DNA of 56,984 nucleotides, the filler included, from Sphacelaria rigidula (Eukaryota), in NCBI GenBank assembly GCA_964200075.2. It is 8 parts of 8 records of this genome, joined end to end, with 100 filler letters (N's around TTAATTAATTAA, not from the genome) between each part and the next. Parts side by side here need not be neighbours in the genome. Positions count along the whole stretch, not along the records: positions 1 to 7,037 come from CAXNAA020016831.1; positions 7,138 to 14,174 come from CAXNAA020016832.1; 6 more parts are not named here. The stretch is one strand, 5' to 3'. Made by a program: the position numbers and the translations under genes. Positions within the stretch are counted from its first letter, which is position 1; each line of letters starts with the position of its first letter. This document shows, piece after piece, positions 1-10,900 of the stretch. Below the pieces are notes generated by a model. The model worked only from the letters and a program-made list of their open reading frames with translations. It had not been told where the DNA came from and ran no database searches.

Positions 1-27
1 GAATGTGTGATGGAACGACAATTCCCA

Positions 28-203
28 GACAGAAAAGTCTCTGCAAATCGATGGCTTTTCGCAGAGAGATTTGGCAAAATCTCGCTGTCTGCAAATTGTG
101 GTCAGTTTCCAGAGACTTTTTTCATGGAAAAAGGCCCTACAAGGTCGCGTTCTGAAAAAAGTCTCTAGAGACTGACCAAAACGACTTTTCTCAGAGACTT
201 TTT
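28..203. repeat. Clustered AGAGACTTTT/AAAAGTCTCT motifs in both orientations (subterminal repeats of a DNA transposon end)
   Basis: Motif recurs at about 32, 63, 111, 157, 166 and 193; located at the contig start. Confidence 0.4.
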
Positions 204-1017
204 TCAGTCTGTAAGAAGCGGCATAACAGTGAAATATACCGGGAATCTCGAAATATACCGGGAATCTCGAGTTTGAGATACCTCTCGTACTCTCAGATGA
301 CCAAAATCCTGGTAGTAGTCAAGGGGTTCAAGTTGGCAACAAGGCCCAACACATCTATCGGCAATCACGACATGGGGCAAATTTACTGCAGTACACATGA
401 CACACCATGCTGATCTATTCACTACACATTCAACAGCGGAATATCTCACTGTGAATGATCTGTGCTGTGGATAGTGTGGTACATGTGCAACAATCCATCG
501 TTTAGAGTGGTGGCGAAGGTCGTCGGAAGGTTGGACGGTGAACATTGGTTCTTGCCGAAAACACGCGGATTATACTCTCAACAGAGCGTTTTGCGCCATC
601 AAATATGGGTCCTCCCCGACAGCCTTGGTGATCCGTGCGAGATGTCGTGAATCGTACCAGACCCTTAACCATCAAATATACCATGACATACACGCAAGCG
701 CACGCACGCACGCCGCCCCTCGGGTTCCAACAGCCGCTGCTGCTTGGAATACCAGACTGCAACTTGACGATGATGTCACTTCGGAATAGTATTCAAAACG
801 CTCAACCGTGAGAACCTGAAAATACGACACAGCTGTGTATGATACAGCCAGCGAGAAGACAAGGAGGGTGGCGGTCATACAAACGTGATCGCACCACAAC
901 TGCAATCGGCGAGCTTTTGCCGACGTTGTAGCCGTGCGCGGTCTCGTATCCAAAACTGAAACATCGTCGGGAGTGAATCAACTGTCAACAGTAGTACGGA
1001 CATCAGGACGAACGTAC

Positions 1018-1386
1018 CTCGCCAGCAGTCAAAGGATCAGGGAACACAACGCTTCCGTAGTCCTGGGTCAAATCTGAAGGCACGATTTCTTTCGCCACCG
1101 TTAGCTCATCAATTAATGGCCCTATCTTTTCCATGACGTCCCCCCTACCCATCGCTAGCTTCTGCGCTGATGCTGTTGCAGTTGCCGCCGCCCCAGCCGC
1201 GCCGGTACCTTGATGTGGTGTTGCACGTTCATGATGATTATTCCCATGTTGTCGCCGTAAGCTGGCAAGGGAATTGAAAGATGGCCTGAAAGCAAGACAT
1301 AGGGGGAGAAGCAGCGCGGCGGAGACCCGAAGTAGAAGTGCACTGCTACTGCTGAGACATCTCGTCCGATGGCGTATCAGCCTCAT
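1018..1386 (-). CDS. First coding exon of a probably plastid-targeted protein (bipartite presequence); product unknown
   Basis: ATG at 1386. Hydrophobic signal-like stretch LLLRVSAALLLPLCLA is followed by F (CLA|FRPSF, resembling the heterokont ASAFAP motif), then a basic, Ala-rich transit-like region and acidic mature sequence. Ends at a donor GAG|GTACGT (1018/1017), phase 0. Downstream exons not securely identified. Confidence 0.6.
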
Positions 1387-3437
1387 GGCTCAAAACAGTG
1401 TTGAACAATCACCTCGGCTTGGGAGCATCGTCAGTCGATGGATACCACGCGAATCCTTGAGCCATTATCCATCACTTCTTGTATAGAAAATGAAGTGATG
1501 CAATCCAGTTTGCTAATGCGGAATGTCAATTTTTCATGAGTGATACTGGCAAGTGAAGTACTCATTGAATGGGTTATGATGTGCACTTGATGTACTTGCG
1601 CCGATTTTGGAATGGAAATACTCTACATCAAAGTGTTTAGGTCTGAAAAAGGTAAATGTGATGGAAAAGAAAATGAGAAAATGCCCGAGCACCGAAGTTC
1701 CAACTTCACCTCGAAGAGTTGCCGGCGGAGCGACAGTGAGGGAAAGCTGTTCGCCGGGAGTGCAAAACATTAAGGAGTCTTGTTTATATTATCGTGGAGA
1801 GGCCATAGTCCTAGACAAGCTTGTGCAAGGGGGAGCGGCCACAGTGCGCGGTGAGAAGGCAGCGGGGCAAACAATACGGTACAGACAGCACGGTCGATTG
1901 CCCTGCGCGCCTACGGGGAAATTCAACGACGACAAGCGGGTGTAGACAGGCAGACGCCATTGACGCCACACTGGACACAAGGTGCGTTGCTCATGAGGAG
2001 CATAGCGGTTGAAGCGGATGTTCATCCCTGACGTTTGCGCACGATATCGTTTCGTGCAAAGGTGATTTGGCAGGGGTTAATAACAATACATGGTAGTTGA
2101 AGAGGCGAAGCGACGCTTACTTCACAACTGGAACAGGTAATAGCCAGTCGACATTCAAGTTAGTAAACTATGGTACTCTGCACCAAGCACATGGCGGAGA
2201 GACTGCTGTGATATTTTGTGAATCAGAACTATGTTTTTCTGCGTTGCAAGTACCGACAGCAGTGATGTCTCGCAAGAACCTGCAAGGATAGTGCTTCATT
2301 TACCCTCGTCCAGCCACAGCCGCAGCACAGTTGCCAGGGATGAAGTTCCCTTCCAGTGTCGCGCCGGGGTATTGTCACGTTGTTCATCACCCCCCAAAAG
2401 ACGGCGCTTGGTTGAGTCAACAGGATGGATAACTATTAATAGATAGCGACGGAGATACGAGCACCGAAATGTAGATGATATCTGAGCAATATGCTTCAAG
2501 GATTCCGATGCATTTTTATCCACCACTGCACACAAACTGGCGATGTATGCTCAGTCCAAGCTGGCACAGGAGATGATGTACTCCTTAAGTGAAAGGGTTG
2601 GATTGATCGTATATTGGCGCACCGTACAACTGAATGTTCTTGTACATAATATAATGGGCCTTCTCAAATGCGATCGCCGGTCATGCGCCTGATGTATTGT
2701 CACATTTTTCACCACGTCGCCCACACAAGGCACAGTGTAGTCAACAGAGTTGATGAAAGTGAAGTCACAAATATGCTGGAGCACAATCTCTATACGAGTA
2801 ATTATTTTCTTTCAGAAATTCCGGCTTCATTCCATCGACCACACCCTACAAACTGGCGGTGAATATTTTCCCGGAAGCTGCCACATGCGATGTGTTGACA
2901 GTACAAAACCAATCGTCATTTTTCGTGCAGACACCTTGAACGCGATTGCACGGAGCTGATGCTCTCCCGCCTAACATAAATTGCCATCCCATGCTCCAGC
3001 AGGGCCTCCGAGCAGCCCGTCGTTGAAGGCCAAAATCATGCCGATACAAATTGCCTCGCAAAACAAAGCGATTCGTTGCTGCTGGTGTCGTCCTTACCTT
3101 ATCTCGTTCATTCAAGGCGACGATGTGGCCCGTCATGCGCTGATGGTTAACATGAGCGTTTTAGCTACGTGAAGCGAGTGAGATATCGTCAACTCTGAAA
3201 GGGGTGTGCGGGTACACAGAACATGCGGTCGAAATGCTCACCAAAAAGCTAGATCGTGAGCATGGCGGTTTCGCCGCGCACAACCATTCCCTGGAGGAGC
3301 CAAGCACCTGGACATCGTGTTTTGGCTACGGTGTAGAGTCTCGCTGGGTATTGCACATGAGGCTTAATATTATATAATTACGAACCTTGCGCACTTGTTT
3401 GACGTCCTGTCGCTCACACTTAATTTCCTGACAAAAT

Positions 3438-4412
3438 GAGCTGGGCCGCCCAAGAAGCCACCGGGAATGTTGAAACGCATATTCTTCGCTCAATTTTGGA
3501 TCGTTTTCGATGAAATTTTGACACGATGTACAGGACGTATGTACGAATACAAAACCTTCCATCCCCAGTTTTTATTATATCTTCGTGAGTTATCAACAAT
3601 TTTATTCCGAAAACAACTGTTCTGAATTTTCCGTCGACAATAACTCACGAAGAAATGATATTAAAAAAACGGGGGATGGAAGGTTTGGTATTCGCACATA
3701 CGTCCTGTACATGGTGTCAAAATTTCATCGAAAACGATCCAAAATTGAGCGAAGAATATGCGTCATTCCGTCGACAAGCGGTTACTGTAGTGTATGGAGG
3801 TGGACCAGTTACGAATAATTCAAACGCATTTATGCTGTTCAATTTCAAGCTGTTTTCGATGAAATTTTGACACGATGCACAGGACGTATGTGCGAATACC
3901 GAACCTTTCCTCCTATATATATTTTTTTTCTGCGTGAGTTAGAGGCAATTTTGTTCCGAATAAAAATGCTCTGAAATGTTCCGTCGCCAATGACTCATAA
4001 CTCACGGAGAAAAGCAAAAAACACACAGGAGGAACGAAGGGATGTTCGCACATACTTCCTGTACATCATGTCAAAATTTCATCGAAAACGACTGAGTATT
4101 GAGCTCGGGAATTGTGCCACAGCTTGTGCGGTACCACCCGGCACAAAACTGACTGTGACTGCAAAATCCCATCTCAGTCGTTTTCTTTTGGCTAATTTCG
4201 CCGCACATAGTACCCTCAACTCTCTACACGTTCGCACTTGACTACAGTTTGGTATTTTGTTTGATGAGACCTTGTCGGATCGCATTGCTACATGGATTTG
4301 AAGACGCACGCTGATTCGCCGATTACCACGATGTGTCATAGTGGGCACAACTCGCGATATATCGTCACTTAGAACGGGCTGAAGGAAAGTCCGTTTGTTT
4401 GGCAGTCCAGCC
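3438..4412 (-). mobile_element. Non-autonomous Tc1/mariner-like element (GCTGGGCCGCCCAAGA end family), inverted copy
   Basis: End motif GAGCTGGGCCGCCCAAGAAGC at 3438. Repeated internal motif GACACGATGTACAGGACGTATGTGCGAA in both orientations. The other end at ~4370-4412 is the reverse complement of the family's left end. Homologous to 24277-26891. Confidence 0.7.
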
Positions 4413-5350
4413 AGGCTGGGCCGCCCAAGAAGCTCACTTTCCTTTTCAGCCCGTTCTACCTGACGATGTATCGCGAGTTATCCTTACCATGACACATCGT
4501 GGTGATCCGCGAATCAGACCGCACCTTTCATTCCATGTAGCACTGCGATCCGACAAGATCTCATGAAACGAAATACCAAACTGTTGTCAGCTGCAGAGTG
4601 TAGAGGATTGAGGGTGACATGTACGGCGGAATTAGGGCAAAAAACCCCGGCTGAAATCGTATTTTCGGTTGCAGTCGGTTGTGCCACGGCCGCAAAGTGG
4701 TGGTGCCACACAAGTTGTGATTGCACGCAACGCATGTCGTACTGTAGGCGCGCAGTGTCTGAGATGGCACGCTGATGAGGCCCCCAACGCGCCAAGGCGT
4801 CTGGTATTAATAGTAGTGTGCGGACCGGTAACCAGTGGATGAAAGCTTGTGGAGAACGTAAAAATTCCAGCTGAGGTTGTTGTACTCTAAAAGCAAGTCA
4901 ACAGGTTCTCACCAGAAAAGCGCGGTTCCACTGCTGAATTTTGAGTCGTTTTCCATAAACTTTTGGCACGATGTACACGAGGTATGTGCAAAGCTCTTAT
5001 CTTTTCTCCCTCATTTCTTTTTCCCCCTAGTGAGTTATTGGGGATATAATTTTCGGAACATTATTTCCTGGTACAACATCGTCGACAACTCATTGAAAAA
5101 AAAGGTCAAGGAAAATAATAGGGTCTTCACAACACACCTCATGCACATCGTGTCAGAAGTTCGTGGAAAACGACTTGAAATTCAACAGCATAACCGCGTT
5201 TCGGTTTGTCGTGACTGGTCCATCCCCACGTAGAAACCGGTCTACGACACGAACACCCGATTATGCAGCTCGATTTTGGGTCGTTTCCTGTAAAATTTTG
5301 ACATGATGTACAGGACGCATGTGCGAAGATCCCATCATCTTCCCCCCACA
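4412..5350 (+). mobile_element. Second copy of the same Tc1/mariner-like element, head-to-head with the first
   Basis: Starts CAGGCTGGGCCGCCCAAGAAGC. Colinear with 24277-25220 (e.g. AAACGAAATACCAAACTGTTGTCAGCTGC at ~4567 and ~24429). Right end not seen. Confidence 0.7.
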
Positions 5351-5628
5351 GTTTATTTTGGGCAATGGCCATGAAAAGGTATACCTTCTTGTTTTTGCCC
5401 AAGAAGGGTACGAAAAATGGCCAGAAACGCGTAAACAGCGAAACACGCCATTTTGACCGTTTTCGCTCCAAAGTTCGCACGCACATCATTCGGGGGGGGG
5501 CATTTGCACCCGAGCCTTGAAAAAAAACGGGTAAAATACATGTTACTCGAGAGATATGGCCACGCGAAACGGACTTTTCGCCCCCAGAAACTGCTTACGT
5601 TTTGTAGGCTAAATTTCGCTCTGATATA

Positions 5629-6207
5629 CGAGCTGGGCCAGCTTAAAAGCTGCTAAAACTTGCTCACACCACAGCTTCCCCACCTCCCCATATGAACGCG
5701 ATGTAAGCATATCATTCTGAAGTGTAGACCAACCTGGTGACACACGGCACCGCCGCTGAATGAAAAAAATGTACTGGATACTGTATGACTTTAACGACGG
5801 ACGAAAAAAAAAGAGAATCTGTCGGGATTCGAACTCATGACCTCCATAATTGGCGTCTCCCATCACTTGATTTGTAGGGGTGCAGCAGCGTCACGGAAAA
5901 TGCTGAATGCACGACTCAATTTGACGAGTCTTGAGCTGAAATTTCAGGTAGACCTTCTGCACCCAAGGAACTGATACTTCACGTGTCCAGCTGCAGATTC
6001 TACTTTTTTTTTCCTAGACTTATGGCATTCTCTTGTTTTTGCTGAAAAATCAAATAAGTTCTTCTTCTTCTTCTTTTTTTCTGGTCCCGTGATGTTCTGC
6101 ATTTCGATAATAAAAAGCTGCTGTCAAAGTATCAGCGTTCAACTGCTCATATCGCGCCGTGCGTCGCCTGAACGAGATTCACACCTACTCTTGGCTGGCC
6201 CAGCTCG
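5629..6207. mobile_element. 579-bp Tc1/mariner-type MITE
   Basis: Perfect 14-bp TIR CGAGCTGGGCCAGC (5629-5642 and 6194-6207) flanked by TA on both sides. A second copy lies at 55550-56072. Confidence 0.85.
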
Positions 6208-6747
6208 TACCTGATCTAGGAATTATTTTTCAATCGTACCTTATCTGGGCCACCGATCGACCGAGAACGTACCTGTGCAAGACCATCGCTCTCTACACTG
6301 TACCTGATGCGGCACATCGCGCGTAAGGGAGTTCACGCGCTAACTTCAACCATGACGTCCACATATTCGGCTCTTTTCCCGCTCATTTCCCGTTCACGGA
6401 CGCCATAACGACAACACCCCATTGTCTCAGGAAATGATCCCAGAATCTCTCCACATCGGCACAATAACTGGACTCACAAATCACAGCGCGTCGGTCTTTT
6501 GTGATCCCGGGGTTTGTAAAACACCGTATACTATTGCGCGATCTCGGGACTGGTGTCAGGGCCAAGCTAGGTTCTTCCGTCACTAACGGGCGGCTGTCGC
6601 ATCATCGATGGTTGGTTCAAGCAACGGATACATACAGTACTGGCCGTCATGCACATATAAATAGGAACAGAACAATAATAGCGTTCAGCACTACAATACA
6701 GAGTAACGTGCGCCCAACGAAAACACCCGCGGAACAAGGCCAGTTAA

Positions 6748-6951
6748 CCCTTAGACCGCGAGGGTAGGTCACCGGCTGAATCGCCATCAGTTTCACTTGA
6801 AAAAAGGATAATGCATGATCCAGATGAACTACCCTCGCGGTCTAAGGATTAGCCTTTGACCGCGAGGGTAGGTCACCTGCTGAATCGGCATCAATTTAAG
6901 TGGGAAAAGTGTGCGTGATCCAGATGGACTACCTGCATCGCGGTCTAAGGG
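6748..6951. mobile_element. Tandem dimer of a ~100-bp piggyBac-like MITE
   Basis: TTAA at 6744-6747 and 6952-6955. TIR CCCTTAGACCGCG...CGCGGTCTAAGGG. Two units (6748-6848, 6853-6951) are separated by TTAG. Partial relatives at ~27085-27145 and ~44055-44130. Confidence 0.8.
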
Positions 6952-6976
6952 TTAACCAGCGTTGGGCTACAAATGT

Positions 6977-6978
<2 letters not shown>

Positions 6979-7037
<59 letters not shown>
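6979..7037. repeat. (TTA)n microsatellite at contig end
   Basis: About 19 perfect ATT units. Confidence 0.95.
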
Positions 7038-7137
7038 NNNNNNNNNNNNNNNNNNNNNNNNNNNNNNNNNNNNNNNNNNNNTTAATTAATTAANNNNNNN
7101 NNNNNNNNNNNNNNNNNNNNNNNNNNNNNNNNNNNNN
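7038..7137. other. Artificial contig linker N44-TTAATTAATTAA-N44; identical linkers at 14175-14274, 21311-21410, 28446-28545, 35581-35680, 42716-42815 and 49851-49950
   Basis: Identical 100-bp spacer with stops in all six frames, recurring every 7135-7137 bp. Confidence 0.97.
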
Positions 7138-7217
7138 CGGCTTGTTTTCCTCTTCTTTAGGTCTCTCCCCCCCCCCCACCAAGCGCCACCCCCTGAAAAA
7201 ATTTTTTCCCGCCCCGC

Positions 7218-7258
<41 letters not shown>

Positions 7259-7840
7259 ACACGCACTTCCCCCCTAACTCCGCAAAACGATCGCTTCAAA
7301 CGAGTCGAATGCGCCCATTTTGACATTTCTTGGCGGTGTTATGCTCGGTTGTACGCCTTTCCGTCCCCGAACTGATCCACCCAATCCTGCCACACAAGTA
7401 CAACGGGGAAAGGCGACGGTTACAACTGAAAACGTCAGTATAACCGATTGCACACCTCTGAGGGGTGGTGTACTAACACGAAATAGAGTGGGATACATGA
7501 AAACCAATAAGAGTTATGAAGTAGACCCCCTTGCGCATTTCATGTGGAAAAGCGTGTCCAGTAGACTTTCGTAAAGTACTGTATATAGAACACGTACCAC
7601 GATGCAGTGATCAGTGATAAGCGAGGAGGACGACACACCTACGGTACTACCATGGTAGCAGTCTGTACCGTGTGGAACTGTAGCGAATTGGGCATCAAGA
7701 TTCGTCCTCCGCCCCCACCCGAGGATACCTCTATTGGCTATAAACCGCTGACTGGGGGAAACAAACAGACACTTGCGTGATACACGAGGGAAATCTATAC
7801 CGAATGGCCTACTAAAAACGCGAGTTCGAAGGGCACGCAC

Positions 7841-7963
7841 CTTATTCTTGAAAGGAAGACCACTCCACGAACTCTGGAAGTACTTGTCTTTTTCGGAGTC
7901 GTACAATTCCTTCCCGCCCGCTATGCGCTCCTCGATCACAGGCTGAAACCGTCGGATCAATCC
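7841..7963 (-). CDS. NDUFV1: NDUFV1 exon ([14 protein letters not shown]...WSGLPFKNK)
   Basis: aacag| acceptor, probable AAG|GTGCGT donor, 123 nt. Confidence 0.85.
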
Positions 7964-10900
7964 CTGTTATGAAAAGATTGAAAAACGGGAGAAAGGAGAT
8001 GAGTGATCAGCGAGTAGGTTAATCCTTCAGTAACCGCGGTCCACTAGCGACCACGAAGGTTTTATTGTAGGGTCTTAGGCGGAGATAGACAACATCATGG
8101 CGGGCGTGACACTCAGAATGCACTCATACGAAATGTGTGTGTGCAGGCTCACAATACACATCATTTTGGATCTAACTACAGGCTAACCCAGCTACACACC
8201 CCAACGCCAACCCTTAGGGTTCAACATAGGTACGTCGTGAGGCCTCGAGCAACGGGGGTCTACAAATAAATATCGATACCAAAGCATAGTATGCGTCATC
8301 TTTGTTCAAATAGGCGCCCAGGCGCAGAATCGAGGGAAAAATACAGATCAGGGGATCGATTTGACTCAGAACCGAGGAAAAGACTTATGACGTGGAGATC
8401 GAGAAGGCGTCAAACTTGACGAACTTCGATCCAATTATCAAGAACTGAACGGTCGGTCCCGGATTATCTTGGTTTCAATGTAGTCCATGAAGTATACTGA
8501 TTTCAGCATCGCTGCGATACCATCTCCTCACACACCCCCTTCCCACCCTTCCATTTTAGCCCGGGCTATTGGCTGGCGATATTGTTCCAAAAGTGAAGTC
8601 GCGCTCAAAGGGTTGCCTCCTTCGGCGCCAGACCCCCCTCAGGCGGAGCACTCCTACACGAAAATTTCGGATGGCTTTTCGCAAAAGCGCCGGAGGCCTG
8701 AAGGCATCGGGGAAACTTACACGCTTGTGAAGAACACATGACAGGAGCAAATTATTGTTATTTCTCAGCTGGGGTCGTTTGTTGTTCCATTTCTGCTCCA
8801 TTGCCACGGCTGGCGTAGTTGGCACAAGACGCACATGTGTATTTTCGTTTTTTTTTACAGCAACAGTAGTCCTCCACCTGTACCTAGTCTAATAAAAAAA
8901 AGAAACTAGATGCTCCACGAGAAACTACGTTGATTTCACCACAACTTTCAACTTTCATACCATTCAATCCCCCTCGCCTCCAAAAATAGAGAAAAAACGC
9001 CATGACAAAATGTTCAACAGGGCCGTCAGCCAATAAAAACGCACCGAACGAGGGTCGGCGCTCAGAGGTTCGACCTATCAAGATACGTACACACATGCAC
9101 GCTCAACCATGGAAACAGAAGAATCCAAATGCAACGGTACCTGTACGGGCCACGCGGCCGCATCGCCTAGCGCGCAGATTGTGTGCCCCTCGATCTGCCG
9201 AGAGATTTCCTCGAGCATGGGGATCTCGCGAGTGTCGGCCTCACCGTTCTCCATCTTCACCAACATCTGCTCCAACCAGTTTGTGCCCTCTCTGTATTTC
9301 CGTCGACGAAACAAAACGCACGGAAAAATCGTCGTTTGAGAGGCAGAAACAAACATACCAAAAAACGGAGCAACAGTCCGTCATTTTGTTCTTGTCATAC
9401 TACGATAGGAGGGGGGGGGGGGTATCTGGGGCCATTTATTTCATGAAGTTCCATTCCAAATCTTCGTTGAAAGCAGCAACGGTTGTTCGAATGGGCTTGT
9501 TACTGATAAACAACGCTCCTCCACACTGCTTGACACCGTTTCTACCCGAATACAGGCGCACCGCGAATGTGTCAGGTAGTTTTACTCCCCATCCCCCGCC
9601 CTCTCCACTCCTTTCGTAGAATGACTCAGCAGCATGCCGCCGGGGGCCCCGATGGTTTAAAGGTACAACCGACAACATCAGGTCGAGAAAGCACCGCTTC
9701 ATTTTACGCCAGATACATCTAGCTCGGCTATTTCTGCTCAAAGGAATCTGATATTTCCTATTGAATAAAAATACGTGAGCACATGAGTAGCAAAAATAGT
9801 CAGCGCGGTGCGGAAGTGCTGGTAGTCAGTCATCATCCAGTCTGCGATACCAGATGATAAGGCACGCTCTCTGTAGGGGTAGAAATGAGTTAATTTCTTG
9901 ACAACCGCGGACTCATCTTGAGGGAGGGAAGGCGTGGAACGAAAGTGAGACATGAAAAAAAAAACTACAGTACACCTGATGGAAAGTGATCAAGCCTGCC
10001 CAGTTGCCAGCAACACACAAACGCGAAATCCCTCCAGTTTTTTTCCTGTCATCTCTGCGAGGGGTGCACTGTCGGCACACGACGCGTGCCCGAGAAAAAC
10101 GCGACAAATAGCGTACAGTTTCAAGAACAGCCGACAAAAATGAGGGGGATACAACACAAGAAACGATCAAACGTAACAGTGAAGCAACGGTAGGGGTTGG
10201 ATTTTTTTCCAGCTCAAAGGTTTCTCGGGGCTGCTCGGGGTGTTGGACGGGTCATTCTGTGAATTGTCATTACTTCTAATTCAGTAAAAGGCCCCTGCGT
10301 GCAACCACCATGTTCCTGGGAGCCCGGTCCTCGAAGGGATGGAGTCGGGTTCCACAATATAAGCCCCATATATTTGTGCTCCTACAAGGAGAGCCCCAGA
10401 TGAAAAAAGTGCAACTCCTACCGTAGCATAGTTTCCAACAGCCATCCATCCGCCCACCAGAAACCTTGTTGATATGTTATCAACACGGCGGTCTCATTTT
10501 CCCCTGTTTCTCGCCTGCAAGGGGTGCACTGTCCGCACGACTCGTGCTTGTAGAAGTGCGCCAGGCGACGGATGGCCGCGATCATGTCTACGCTCTTGTC
10601 CATGACGGTAACAGCCGCGGTGCCCAGCCCCGACCCTGCCTTCTTCAAGTCGTCGAAGTCCATCAACACATCGGCGCAGTCGTTTATGTCCAGTACGGGT
10701 ACGGACGATCCTCCCGGGATTACCGCCTGTGCCAGCACAAGTACCAACAGCACCCGGTTTTAAAGACAATAACAGCGGAAGGTTTTAGCTTGGAATCATG
10801 TTTGAGAGCCGTACATTGATTTTAAGGTGCTGAAAAAGTGCTACTTGCAGCTCACGAAGGGCGGCCCCGTCAAGCCTCGGGGAGTGTAAACTGTTCCGAA

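Noticed and set aside
6270-6305. VQCRERW Myb-like motif in a micro-exon
   Set aside because: Only 7 residues match and no Myb repeat context can be built.
7082-7093. TTAATTAATTAA recurring every ~7.1 kb as a periodic biological element
   Set aside because: It is always centred in 44-N flanks and puts stops in all six frames; it is an assembly linker.
7220-7256. Long G-runs as G-quadruplex elements (also 42835-42870)
   Set aside because: Homopolymers near contig ends in low-quality-looking sequence; lengths are unreliable.
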